Below, piece by piece: positions 26,335-40,475 of a DNA stretch of 64,000 bases. The notes below the pieces were generated by a model. That model had not been told where the DNA came from, made no database searches, and saw only the letters and a program-made list of their open reading frames with translations. Origin of the DNA: Octopus sinensis (lineage: Eukaryota). Both the position numbers and the translations under genes were made by a program. Within the stretch, counting starts at the first letter, position 1, and each line of letters opens with the position of its first letter. The DNA is taken from the NCBI RefSeq assembly GCF_006345805.1, contig NC_042998.1, positions 31,868,001 to 31,932,000 on the forward strand, in the 5' to 3' direction.

Positions 26335-26965
26335 GTAAAATATGATAAAATGTGAAATGTTCTTCGTGACATCTAGCCCACTCTGTATAATCCATTTGGC
26401 TGTGTTGATTATATATCAAAATTATGATTATCGAGTTAATATTTCGTAGACAATATTTAAATCTCCATGATATGTAGAACTGACCAAAATAAATAACAAC
26501 ATATAGCGTCCATTTGGCTGCTGTTTATAGAACAAATACGGTCCCAGAAATAGAACTTGTTACGTCTGTGGGCCAAAAATGTTTAAAGCCAATGAACATC
26601 AATAAAAAGCAGAAAAGAACATATAATCGACAAATGTTGATTTTTCTAACCGTCCATGAGTTTCAGATGGGAAAAGAAAAACACACTCCGCTAACAAAAT
26701 ACGCAAAGTAAATGCTTCCGAAGCAGCGCTGCGGATTATAACAAAACGTTGTATTCTCTTTGGCTGAAGCTTTACAGATATATACGTATGATTAGAAACG
26801 AAAACAAGACCATTGTAGCAACTGGTTCTCATAATGTATTTTTGTGGAATTGTCTCTTATATGTCTGTGTGTGCGTGTAGGAACGTATATACATATATGT
26901 GAATACATATATTGAATATATATACATATATGTATACATGCATGCCTATATACATATGTACATAC

Positions 26966-27042
<77 letters not shown>

Positions 27043-27043
27043 A

Positions 27044-27411
27044 GTGGAGGCGCAATGGCCCAGTGGTTAGGGCAGCGGACTCGCGGTCGTAGGATCGCGG
27101 TTTCGATTCCCAGAGTGTTTATTGAGCAAAAACACCTAAAGCTCCATGAGGCTCCGGCAGGGATGGTGGTGATCCCTGCTGTACTCTTTCACCACAACTT
27201 TCACTCACTCTTACTTCCTGTTTCTGTTGTACCTGTATTTCAAAGGGCCGGCCTTGTCACACTCTGTGTCACACTGAATATCCCCGAGAACTACGTTAAG
27301 GGTACACGTGTCTGTGGAGTGCTCAGCCACTTACACGTTAATTTCACGAGCAGGCTGTTCCGTTGATCGGATCAACCGGAACCCTCGTCGCCGTAACCGA
27401 CGGAGTACTTC
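27044..27411 (+). mobile_element. SINE type C
   Basis: tRNA-like head with A/B boxes; 3' tail ...GTAACCGACGGAGTACTTC. Confidence 0.92.
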
Positions 27412-27452
27412 CACACTATATATGCATAAATACATACATACATACATACATA

Positions 27453-28686
27453 CATAACAGATGTACATAGACACCCTTATGATTATTAAAATTTATTTGA
27501 ATCTGAAATTATATATTCAAATTTATTAATTGTTGTACTGTGAATATTTAATATTTAGTAGACAAAACCTTTGCATTTTTCAATGCAAGGACCTCATTAG
27601 ACATGTTGCTGATGAAATGACGAATATTCGTTTGCGGAATCCCTTGCCAAGTTTCATGCTGTAATCTCAAGAGATCTGACGTTGATGATGCTTTCTTGTA
27701 AGTGTCCTGTCCATTATTTCTCAGAGGTTTTCAATAGGGTTTATATCTGGTGAGTAACTTGGCTAAGGAAGCTTATTAATGCCATTCTCATCCAAAATAT
27801 CTTGGGTCATTTTAGCCATGAGACAAGGAAGCTCATCTTCCATAAATAAAGAGTCTTATTTAATCATTTCATCACTGAAGAAGATTGAAAAAATGTCGTT
27901 TCTGCAATATGACACATATTTATCTGAGTTTATATTTTCTTCCCACTCCACAAGCTCTGATCAACGAAATTGCTTCCCAGACCATCACAGAACAAGAACA
28001 GCTGCCGTGTTTCATTTGTTTCTGTAATCTTTTCACATCAAATTCTTGATCATAGAGTCCCCAGACCCACACACGACCACTGTCGGGAAATACAACAATT
28101 CTGGATTCATCAGAAAGTACGACAGTATCCCAAAACACTAGTGGCCTCTCCACCATCTCACTGGCCCAATCTTTTCCCCGCTTGATTTTGGCTGGCCGAA
28201 CAAGAGACTTCCTTCTTACTGCTCTGGCATAGTAACCAAGTTTGTGCAGATGCCTAACTGCTTTTCTGGGACTGACATCAACTTCTACTATGCCAGAGAG
28301 GCCTCGCAACGAGGATTATCCTCGACACTTCTCTTAACAAAGAGAAGGGTCCTGTCAGAGAACCTTTGTTGCTTGCGGCGAGGCGATGTGGAATCTTTCC
28401 CCTCTCTAGCGAATTGCACAATCACTCTATTAAGTGTAGAAAGCGAGATCTCAAGGTTTTCTGTGATTTTACGTTGATTATGTCCACCTTCAGAATGAGC
28501 CACGATACGACCACTTTGAAATTTAGACAGTTCCTAGACATCTTTTCTACATGGCATGATTAAACAGTCATATACAGAACCTGAATCATAAAAATGTCAA
28601 TGAATAAAAGAATATAAAGCCTTACAAGTTAGAATAAACATAAAACATGTTTTATGAGGTGTCTGTTTATTTCTGCCATGTCCATG
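27453..28686 (-). mobile_element. Tc1-family DNA transposon, near full length, disrupted
   Basis: HTH ORF 28288-28503; ORF 27920-28309 with WDTVVLSDESR...VW...KHG..SVMVW; PSYSPDINPIENL near 27725-27765; right TIR ending ...GTCCATG|TA; left TIR degenerate (agacacc). Confidence 0.92.
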
Positions 28687-28701
28687 TATATTTATTCTTG
28701 T

Positions 28702-29145
28702 CACTTACATAGTTTTGATATAATTTTTAATATATCGACCGGTTTCGCTATCACTATTCATGATATTATGTTTTTCTGATTTGAATATGTATTTTTCTTA
28801 AGAAGAACATTTGTCCATATTGTGTGTGAAGAAATTCACGAGTGAATGACTTCACAAGTAGATAAATAAAAGGGAAGTAATTGGTTATCGTTATTATTGT
28901 TATTGTTGTGGGTAACAACAATATTGTTGTGGGAATTTCATCATACAACATGGACAAAATTTCTTAAGAAAAAATACGTATTCAAATATGTAAAACATAA
29001 TATCATGAATAGTGATAACGAAACCGTTCGATATATCAAAAATCATATTAAAATTATGTAAGTGTGCGTATTTTCCTTTTATTTTATTTCTTATATACAT
29101 TGCAACTCACCACGTCGGGATAATCGAAATTCCTCTTTTCCGTTG

Positions 29146-29147
<2 letters not shown>
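28702..29147. mobile_element. PLE-like foldback with ~135-bp diverged inverted arms, each with an A3-U8 hammerhead-like fold
   Basis: 28702-28839 is inverted to 28931-29063; unique extension 29064-29147, then (TA)n. Confidence 0.7.
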
Positions 29148-29177
<30 letters not shown>

Positions 29178-29181
<4 letters not shown>

Positions 29182-29352
29182 AGAGTTTAAGAAAAAACAA
29201 AAGACGAAGACAGGTGGTGTACAAAACAAACAGATGTATTAGTATAACGCTCAGGAATAGAAAAAATCTTTTACGTTTCGAGCCTACGCTCTTCTACAGA
29301 AAGGGACACAGAAAAAACAAGGAAAGAAAAAGTGTGTGTAGTGGCTAACGTT
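29178..29352 (-). mobile_element. Family F short PLE-like element in (TA)n
   Basis: Flanked by TA tracts; reverse complement CTTT-CTGTAGAA-GAGC GTAG GCTC-GAAA-CGTA-AAAG at 29268-29303. Confidence 0.75.
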
Positions 29353-29367
29353 ATGTATATGTATATA

Positions 29368-29442
<75 letters not shown>

Positions 29443-29659
29443 CAGTGATGATAGAAAAAAAGGGGTTTCCCTTTAATTGGAATGTAATTAAACCGTTTCC
29501 TGAATCTTTTGCGTTTATTTATCTGAATTCGGCGCGTACATATTGTGATAATTTTAAGGTAGCTTAGATATATTTGGCGTCTTCTTAAAGTATTTTGCTT
29601 TTCCTTATTTAATATCCGGACGTTACTTGTGGTATGACCTGATATTTTAGATGCACAGT

Positions 29660-30490
29660 TGTTAGCAGGCCGGGAGAAATGCTTAACGGTATTTGGTCTG
29701 CCGCTACGTTCTGAGTTCAAATTCCGCCGAGGTCGACTTTGCCTTTCATCCCTTCGTGGTCGATTAAATAAGTACCAGTTACGCGCTGGGGTCGATGTAA
29801 TCGACTCAATCCGTGTGTCTGTCCTTGTTTGTCCCTTTTGTGTTTAGCCCCTTGTGGGTAGTAAATAAATAGAAATAGGTATTTCGTCTGCCGCTACGTT
29901 CTGAGTTCATATTCCGCCGAGGTCGACTTTGCCTTTCCTCCTTTCGGGGTCGATTAATTAAGTACCAGTTGTGTACTGGGGTCGATATAAACGAATGGTC
30001 CCCTCCCCAAAAATTTCGGGGCTTGTGCCCAGAGTAGAAAAAAAAGGCAATAAGCTGGCAGAGTCGTTAGCACGTCGAGCAAAATGCTTAACGTTATTTC
30101 AGTAGTCTTCTTCATGTTCTGAGTTCATACTCTGCCAAGTTTGGCGTTGCCTTTCATCCTTTCAGGGTCGACAAAATTAGTACCAACTGAATACTGAGGT
30201 CGATCTAATCGACTATCCCCCTCCCCAAAATTTCAGACCTTGTGCTTATAGTAGAAATGATTACTTTTAAATGTGATAAAGGCGGCGAGCTGGCAGAATC
30301 TTTACGGCACCGGAGAAAAAATGTTTGGCATTTATTCGGGTTTTACATTCTGAGTTCCAATTACGCCGAGGTGCACTTTGCCTTTCATTCTTTCGGGATG
30401 AAATAAGTACCAGTTGAGTACTGGGGTCGATGTAATCGACTTGATGCCTCTGGCAAAATTTCAAGTTTTTTGTGTCTAGAGTAGAAGCGA
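29660..30490 (+). mobile_element. Cluster of four SINE type A units
   Basis: Units begin at ~29660, 29878, 30045 and 30279; tail-1 and tail-2 variants present. Confidence 0.9.
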
Positions 30491-31846
30491 TTATTTGATT
30501 TTTCTTTCTTGCTCTCCGTTTTCACTGACTTAAAATAGATCTGCAGACTGAGAACAGACGTACGTGTATCGAACTATAAACAGTACTGTTGATGAGTTGC
30601 ATCAGTAAATTGTGATTGGCGCAGACCCAGGTGTCTGTGCGAGCTAAATTTAAATAAGCACCTTAAAGTACCTTCTGAAGAAATGATTTGTTTTCTTCCA
30701 GTCGTCAGTTCAAGTTATCATTTGTCTTCAACAGAACTGACAGGAAACAAATGACAAACTGCTATTGTCTGGCAATCATGTGAATTAGCTAACCGTAGCG
30801 TAACCAACACTTTTCTATAAATCTATTTTATTACTTTTGCCAGAAACAGTATACAACAAACTGATTCTACAAAGCATTTTTTCGCAAAGAAATATGTTTA
30901 ATATTACACATTATTTCTTTACACTGACAAAATAAAAGTAATGATATAGTAATCTCTTTTCAATGACTTTTGCTGTTTGTGTTTCATTGTGTTAACCTTT
31001 GATGAAATACTGACACGAAGTGAGCGTTATTATCCGGCCTTGAAGCTAGTGGCAATGGTCAGACTCGGTGTTCGGGAGTTATTTATTTCCTATTGTTAAC
31101 ACGAGGGATATTTAATTAGAAAACAAAGAGTAGTAACACAGGAAAATTATATCGTCTGTGTTTGTCACATTTATACATCGATGCTGTAGCAGACTCTTAA
31201 GGAAACTACTATTAACTAGGTTTCAAATAATATTAAGAAGGAGAATAGAAGAAAACGAAAAATATATGGACGAAAATAAAACATCACGAAGAGAGAAAAA
31301 AATAGCATCTCGGTGTTCACTCGTGAAAGATAGCAGTTAATCTCACCTATAACATGGAAGTGTGTTAAGATCGATTACAATAAACTATTAGTTTTATCGT
31401 AGTTTATGCTCAGTTTGATTTCTTTCTAATACATTATATAACAAAGAATGGATGGTGAATCGGCAGAAACGCTACAGCGCCGAACTACAAGCTTTACGGT
31501 ATGTAGCTTCTTCACGATGTTGTTCGTGTCCAAATACTGCTAAATTCAAATTTACTTTTTGTCTCTTTAACTACCACTAAGCTTTATACATCTCTGCTAC
31601 AAAAGTTAAACTTGTGTCTTTATAAAGTATTAAATTACTGGTTCATTAGTAGTGTAGTGATTGAATGATATTAATCTATCGTAATACTGCAAAAGTTAAC
31701 GCTAATTGTTTCCAAACTCAGATAAACAGTCTGTACTGACTAACGAAAACGCTTATTTTAGTGTTAATGAATCAAGGGTTTTATTTAAAGTGACCTAAAA
31801 GTACCTCTCATAACCTCTCCCTCTCTCTCCTCTCTCTCTCTCTCTC

Positions 31847-31919
<73 letters not shown>

Positions 31920-32790
31920 CATATATAGAAATACATATATAGACATACATAGATACATACATATATATATGTATATATATATATATGTATATATTGCATA
32001 TATCATATATATTTGTATAAGTATGTATGTGTGGTTGTATGCATGTATGTTTGTATGTATGTATGTTGGTCGGTATAGACATTTCTGCACACCCGTCAAT
32101 AGATTCTCAGACTTGCGAACTACTCACTAATGTTCGCAGGTTATTGGTCGGCTCGCTGCTATCAAAGAAGCGAAACGTGTCTTGCAGTGGGATAAACTAG
32201 GAGCCATGTGATTGCAAAGCCTATCTTATTTCTCACACCTATTCCTGCAACTATATCTAATATCCACATATTCCGAATACAAATATAGCATTTAGTGATT
32301 GTTTCTGTCTTGCATTACTTATTGTCTCCTATGTCAAGAGAAATACGTGGCAAAGAATCAGTTTTATAATACGAGACAAGGTTAAATTTAGCTTTATTGA
32401 TTCTCTGGTTTACATTTACAATTCTTGCTTATTGCATCAAAAATGCATACAAAGGCGATGATCAATTCGCAAACAAAACATATGACATGTCTCATAAATA
32501 TTTAGTAAAATGGGAAATATAACCGCCACACTTTCGTCAGCATTATTATACATATAAATATCATTAATGAATTATTTTTGTAAGAATTTGAGCTATTATT
32601 ATCGTGTCATTTTCAGTAGAGGTGATGAGTCGAGATATTAAGGGAAAAAAATCTACGATTTTCAACAGATGCTCCTGTGAGGCAGTAAATATCATATAAG
32701 AATTCATGAATGCTAAAAACTTCCTTTAACAATGCGATTTTTATGCATAATATCCATTTGAATCGGTTATTATAATAGCCTTTGTAACAC

Positions 32791-32847
32791 CTGCTTTTAT
32801 GGGATAACGGGTGTTCAGTGTCATATTCATGACTACGTCTTATTTCC
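32791..32847 (-). CDS. Weak candidate 57-nt exon (EIRRSHEYDTEHPLSHKS)
   Basis: Acceptor ctttttcaacag|, weak donor AG|gtgtta; length divisible by 3. Confidence 0.15.
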
Positions 32848-32987
32848 CTGTTGAAAAAGTTGCATATCAATCACATTAATCACGTGGTTAACGTTCTCGA
32901 AATACATTTTCATAACTTGAAATGCTCTCTCTCGACTTAAAAGGTGTTTGCATATTTCGTAAAACATTCTAATCGTTTAGAGATAAT

Positions 32988-33200
32988 ATTCTTTTATTCT
33001 TTTATTTTTTTATTTGTTTCAGTCATTTGACTGCGGCCAGGCTGGAGCACCGCCTTTAGTCGAGCAAATCGACCCCAGGACTTATTCTTTGTAAGCCCAG
33101 TACTTATTCTATCGGTCTCTCTTGCCGAACCGCTAAGTGACGGGGACGTAAACACACCAGCATTGGTTGTCAAGCGATGTTGGGGGGACAAACACACACA

Positions 33201-33275
<75 letters not shown>

Positions 33276-33455
33276 TTATATATATATATATACGATGGGC
33301 TTCTTTCAGTTTCTGTCTACCAAATACACTCACAAGGCTTTGGTCGGTCCGATGCTATAGTAGAAGACACTTTCCCCAAGGTGCCACGCAGTGGGACTGA
33401 ACTCAGATTGGTGATTGGTAAGCAAGCTACTTACCACACAGCCACTCCTGCGGCT
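32988..33455 (-). mobile_element. SINE type B, full length
   Basis: Reverse complement of the 55659 copy with an internal CA/TA tract. Confidence 0.92.
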
Positions 33456-34354
33456 ATATATACAGAAAATATTAAAAACTGACTAGAAATATGTGTATGG
33501 TAAGGGAAACAATATTATGGGAGTCATATATTTTCTTTTCATCATTGAGCACGGGGAATGTTTGATACTTGAAGCTTCTAAGTTAACATGTTACAGTATT
33601 CTTTTCCTATTCTTATATTCGAGAAATATCACACATCTAGATATCATCAACCCTATTATCCGCGTCAGTTTTATCACTTTAAATCCCATTACTAAATTGC
33701 TACACAAAGTAGTATTTATTCCGAACAAGATAAATACAACTTAGATTGCTCAATCTGTTATCCTTAGTAGTATCTTCGTAAATAAGACAAACTTTCCATG
33801 GTGAATCTAATATCTAAGATATAATTTTCGTTATATCCATAGTTAAATATATTGAAGAGAAACATCGCTTTATAAAGTAGTAGAATATACTAATACCGAA
33901 GCAAGCACCAAACCATCTGTTAACCTTCCTTTCATACTAATGTTTAAATTCAAATGTTGGCCATAGGAGACAGGAAAATAAATGTATATCCAGTAATACC
34001 ACTGACAGAACACAATTTCTCTCAAATCACTACCCAAGGAAAAATTTAATATATTTATTATGGTATTCAGTGATAACTTTTTTCTTTACTATACTTAGGG
34101 GCTTACATTAAATGCGACACATAATAAAATTTTATATATTATGATTTGCGACTGATTAACTAGAAACCAGATACGTGCAATATCATAAAATCAGACGTCA
34201 TTGAGTTTCTGTGGGAAATATTTGTATAGTGAATAGAATACAAAATTATCAGCGTTAACGTTTTCTAGCGCTATTTCCTTGGGAAGAATTTTACGCAGTT
34301 ATCTCAGGGCTAAAACCAGACGAATCATATTTGAGGGAAAGAATTACTTTTTGA

Positions 34355-34650
<296 letters not shown>

Positions 34651-34664
34651 ATATATACTACAAT

Positions 34665-34985
34665 GTGAGGGCGCGTGGCTTAGTGGGTAGGGCATTCGGC
34701 TCATGATCGTAAGCTTGTGAGTTCGATTCCCGGCGACGCGTTGTGTCCTTGAGCAAGACACTTTATTTCACGTTGCTCCAGTCCACTCAGCTGGCAAAAA
34801 TGAGTTGTACTTGTATTTCAAAGGGTCAGCCTTGTCACTCTCTGTGTCACGCTGATTATCCCCGAGAACTACGTTAAGGGTACACGTGTCTGTGGAATGC
34901 TCAGCCATTTGCACGTTAAATTCACGAGCAAGCTGTTCCGTTGATCGTATCAGCTGGGACCCTCGTCGTCGTAACCGGCGGAGTC
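34665..34985 (+). mobile_element. tRNA-derived CORE-type SINE type D sharing its 3' half with type C
   Basis: Head GGCGCGTGGCTTAGTGG..GAGTTCGATTCC; CORE-like TGTGTCCTTGAGCAAGACACTT; tail shared with type C from TGTATTTCAAAGGG; 12-bp TSD atatatactaca. Confidence 0.9.
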
Positions 34986-37381
34986 TTTAATATATACTAC
35001 ACTTTGATCTCAGCCAAAAGGTTCGAAGAATGTATTGACGTAAAGCAATTGTTAATAATTTCTTAATTCTGGTAGCAGAATAACAAATACATAACGAAAA
35101 AACATAAGTGTAATAAATCAAACAATACTAACTGTTTTTGTCTTTTTTTCTAATGTGCGGCCATACAGTTAGAAATACTCTTTCCAATGATTTCAAAGAT
35201 AAGCTTATAAACAGTATTGTTGAATTTATTCCACGTACGTGTATATCTAATGTTTGATTAACCCTTTCTCAAGATATTTCGTTTAATAAAGAAAATAGGA
35301 ATTGTATGGCATGACAATAAGAGTTAGTATTATAGGAAGCATTATAGTTGTGTTCAACAAGATACGATACATACATGCATTCATACATGAATAAATACAT
35401 AAATACACATACATACATGTATGTATGTATGTACATGCATCTAGATATGTATGTCTACTTTCAAGTGTGTACGTGTATGCGCATAGCGTATGAGTGCTCG
35501 TAAGTGTTAAACGAAATTTTTTGTCACATATCACCGCAGCATATGTCTTGAAAGACATTACGTGACTGGAAGGTGTGTTCCAAAGTAGACTACTTTGTTA
35601 TGTTATAAATGTAATACCTCGTGCAAATCTAGAAAGTTACTGACGACGATAAAGCAACATCTCAATAGAGAAGGCCAGCCAATCATCATTGTTGAAACTT
35701 ATCATTATCATATACTTAACATGAAATACAAATTTATCTTATGTTCTTATAACGGTTGTTGGTTATATTTTATTCACCACATTTAGAAGCTTAAGTTTTA
35801 ATGCGTTCTTTTCTATTCATTGGCATTAATTACATAAGTGTTATTCTCACTATTCATATTTATAATTTTAGAATTAGTCGTATTATTACTGTTATTGTTG
35901 GCAATATTGCTATTTAACTCTTGAACAGCCATGTGTATTGCAGTGGCGAGCATAGCATCTTTTGTTCTAAGATTACGTTGTCTAATATACACTTTCGTTT
36001 ATATAATTTGGAAGACAATTGCTATTTGTATCTATTTAGACGTCCATGTCCAGTCTCTCTCGTTGATTTGTTACTGCTCCTTAATGTATAGAGGTAACGT
36101 AGGTCGATAGTATTTATTAGTATATAATTAATGCTTAGAAAAGAAAATAAATCCCTCGACTGATTCAGCTATGAGATCTAGATCATCGGTATAAAGGAGT
36201 TTCTAGAAACAGACGACCAAAGCATTTTCGTTTTGCTACAGTAAAATCACTAACACAGCATTATCTCAAAAACTTCCATATGTGTGCATTTTTGTATGTT
36301 TGGTTAACCCTTTCTCAAGATATTTTGTTTAATGAAAACATTGGAATAGTATCGCATGAAAATAAGAGTTAGTACAAGAGGAAACATTATAATTGTATGT
36401 TGTATGCAACATGATATATTTCGTAGGTCAGCATATTTACTACATAACATTTTAAGCTACTTCTATTAAGAGCATTACACAGAAGCAATTGATGTTAGTT
36501 GCAAAACGAAAGTATATCATCATCTAAAAAAATTTTGTCATTCATTGTAACTTGTTTATCTTATAAATATAACATACAAATATAAAGTGGTTTGTATTAA
36601 TGCGAAATATCAAGGCAATGTGTAAGTAGTTATGACATTTCTTAAATAGATTTTTGCTTATTTCTCGCTATATGTTAAATAACTTCAACGACTGCAGCAA
36701 AATATTATTTCCACATACTTCACTTTTAAAACGTTATGCATAAATATGTAATTATCTTCATAATTTTCGAATCAAACATTGTAGTAATGTGATTGGTGAG
36801 GCAATGCTTAAAGCTGTTCATAGAATAGTATGAAATATGATTCCGAAATGATTAAGAAAAAAATAAGGGAAATTTTATTAAAATATGCAGAAATCGTAAT
36901 GAAATTTCGAGCCTAGGGATTATTGAAGTTTAAATTTTTGGAATCCAACAACGCGACGCAGTAGAATTAAGGCCGAAATCATCGGAAATAATCGAATGAC
37001 GTTTTAAAAATTGTAGTGAGTGACGAATCTGTTAAGTGAACAAGATGAGTACATAATCAAAGGCTGGAGAAACTAATTTTGCATCTCTTAATGAAGCTGT
37101 TGATGTTGAATTTGAAACATTTTGAAATTTTCATTAGATCTTCTATAGTTTAACAGTCGGCAATTCGGTTGAAATGTTATCAGCGTTTAAAACACTCATT
37201 TCATACTTTGATATATCAATCACACATCCTGTTCATCATAAATAATAATAAAAAATATTTAAGCTATAACATATATTTATGCGTATATGTGTGTGGGGGT
37301 GTGTGAGTATGTATCTATGTAAGTAATTATGCATGTACGTATTTATGTATGAATGTGTGTGTGTGTGGGTACACTCACAAG

Positions 37382-37417
<36 letters not shown>

Positions 37418-37445
37418 CATGTGTACACACACACACATATATATA

Positions 37446-37480
37446 TATGCTTATGTATAAAATATATAGATATATGCATG

Positions 37481-37546
<66 letters not shown>

Positions 37547-37899
37547 ATGTATATACAAGAACAGATACACGTTCATACATACATATACTCACATAAACCT
37601 CATGAGCGAGACTTTCCGCTGAACGATCATTAAGAACATACCTACACACATGAATGATTATAAAAGAAGGAAAGTATATATATTAACTAATTAACCCACT
37701 GACTAGAAGCTCAGTTTAATGTTACAGTTTCACAGATCCAATCATGTAAAAAACGTTAAATGCACGGAATCAAATGAAGCACTTTCAGCAAACAGAAGAC
37801 TTCCGGTTCTAATTCTGTAGATTATTATTAGGTTCTGAGATTCACTGAATTCATATATATATAATATATGCTTATGTATAAAATATATAGATATATGCA

Positions 37900-37941
<42 letters not shown>

Positions 37942-38285
37942 ATATAATATATATATATATAATATATATATATATATGTATATACAAGAACAGATACACG
38001 TTCATACATACATATATACTCACATAACCTCATGAGCGAGACTTTCCGCTGAACGATCATTAAGAACATACCTACACACATGAATGATTATAAAAGAAGG
38101 AAAGTATATATATTAACTAATTAACCCACTGACTAGAAGCTCAGTTTAATGTTACAGTTTCACAGATCCAATCATGTAAAAAACGTTAAATGCACGGAAT
38201 CAAATGAAGCACTTTCAGCAAACAGAAGACTTCCGGTTCTAATTCTGTAGATTATTATTAGGTTCTGAGATTCACTGAATTCATA
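37446..38285. repeat. Near-identical ~425-bp tandem duplication with junctions in TA tracts
   Basis: 37446-37855 versus 37867-38285; differences seen are small indels in repeats. Confidence 0.92.
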
Positions 38286-38486
38286 TATATATATATATAT
38301 ATATATGAATTAATCAAGATTAATCAGCCGAAATTGCGAGGATGATCCGGTTCTTGACTGAAGATAAAAGGCTTCGAATGACCCGTCCGTGTTTTTTTTT
38401 GTATCGCCTATCTGGATCTTTTGTTGTCTCCTTTTGTATCACCTAGTTGCCCAGATGTTTTGCGTTCTTGTTCCATTTTGTATTTT

Positions 38487-38522
<36 letters not shown>

Positions 38523-38545
38523 CATCTTTTATGATACATTTTTTA

Positions 38546-38898
38546 GAAGCACTCCGTCGGTTACGACGATGAGAGTTCCGGTTGATCCGAATCAACGGAA
38601 CAGCATGCTCGTGAAATTAACGTGTAAGTGACTGAGCACTCCACAGACACGTGCACCCTTAACGAAGTTCTCGGGGATATTCAGCGTGACACAGGTACAA
38701 CAGAAACAGGAAGTAAGAGTGAGAGAAAGTTGTGGTGAAAGAGTACAGGAGGGATCACCACCATCCCCTGCCGGAGCCTCGTGGAGCCTTTAGGTGTTTT
38801 CGCTCAATAAACACTCACAATGCCCGGTCTGGGAATCGAAACCGCGATCCTATGACCGCGAGTCCGCTGCCCTAACCACTGGGCCATTGCGCCTCCAC
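38546..38898 (-). mobile_element. SINE type C
   Basis: Matches other copies; atgata(c/t)att flanks. Confidence 0.92.
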
Positions 38899-39650
38899 CA
38901 TGATATATTATAGTTCAAGTCATTTAATTTTAATTTACTACAATAGCTATTTGTTCCTAATTAAATATACTTCTAAATCACTGACATTCGCGATTGTCCA
39001 TTATCTCATTTTATTCTAGTCAATGTGTTAATTACTTAATATATTCTTTTATTCTCAGTAATGGAATGACAAAAAAAAAATAAAATAAATAAATAGAACT
39101 AAAGAACTAAGAAATAGAAAGTCGGAAGATCAGTAAGTTATCTATTTGGCCTGGAATAAATTTACCTATTACGTATCAGTCTATCAAATTATATCTTTCA
39201 AAATTAATTCAGAAGGGAGGTTGAAACATTGAGCACTCACAATCTTATTGACGTGTTCTCATACAAACGTTAAGCTAAGAATTGATTAAGGCATTAAAAC
39301 GTAACCTTTATCGCCATTTACTCCTTGACAGATTTATATTTATATTAACAAGTTATTTTCTCACCTCTTCTATGCTTAATACACATCATTACTTATTTTG
39401 TAAGTTTATTCAGAAAATAGAATTTTGCTTACTTGAAGCAATTCCTGTGTCTTCTAATTAAGGTTAGCAATGATATCCACTGCCGCAAGTGATTGTAATT
39501 TGTGAATTGATTCGGAGTATCGCGATGCACAGTTTAGAAAGAATATTTTCTGTTCTTATATGTCCTAATGACCGTTTCATAGTCAATGTAGATACATATC
39601 TGATGAAAAAAAAAAATATATATATGCATATATGCATATATATGTATGTG

Positions 39651-39690
<40 letters not shown>

Positions 39691-40475
39691 ACACATACAC
39701 ACACACATATATATTTATAAATATGATATGGTATATGTATGTATGCATGTGAGTATGTGCATGTATATACGTTATATATGTATTCTTTTTCACACGCACA
39801 CACACACATGAATTCGCATAGACACACACACGCATACACACACACATGCACACCCGCACATTTATATTAAATATTAATACATATGCATGCACACATCGAT
39901 ATACCAGATGTCATTCTGCAGTAGTTATTTATTTCGAGCAGAATAAACCTTTCTAATCACCTTCAGGATCCTAACACCTCTTCACTAAACAGCCAATTTA
40001 TTATACATAGGATAGAGATTACAATTATGATAGATCGTCATTTTCATCTTCGTAAGCTGAATGTCATTAGATACATGTAACCCCAAGTATTTTATATGAG
40101 GTTCAGTTGTAATTATTTGAGCTGTGGCTTAGACTATTTTAAATGTGTCCTGTCATTTGTTACATATGTTAACTTAAGCAGAACTGTTTAGTTCTATATT
40201 CTTCCATATAAAGTGATGAATTGATGACTAAAGACAGAAGGTCTGAAGCTGGACATCATCCATTGCAAATGATTTCCGAGCTTTTGTGATTTTTCTGTTA
40301 CATGTACAATAATTGATCGTTTTATTGATCCGATTTCTTAATGAAAATAGAAATAAGTAGAAACAGATTAAGAAAAATTATTTAAAGATTTCACTTCTAG
40401 GTAAAGTGGGGATTTTAATTTGTTTCTCTTTGCCTTGCAATGTAGTTGTTTTCAATTTTGATATGGCACGATATA

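Noticed and set aside
27044-27112. tRNA genes at SINE heads (also 34665 and 55677)
   Set aside because: A/B boxes are present, but no complete cloverleaf was seen and each continues into a multi-copy SINE body.
31048-31100. TGGCAATGGT resembling miR-182
   Set aside because: Only about 10 nt match and no convincing precursor hairpin.
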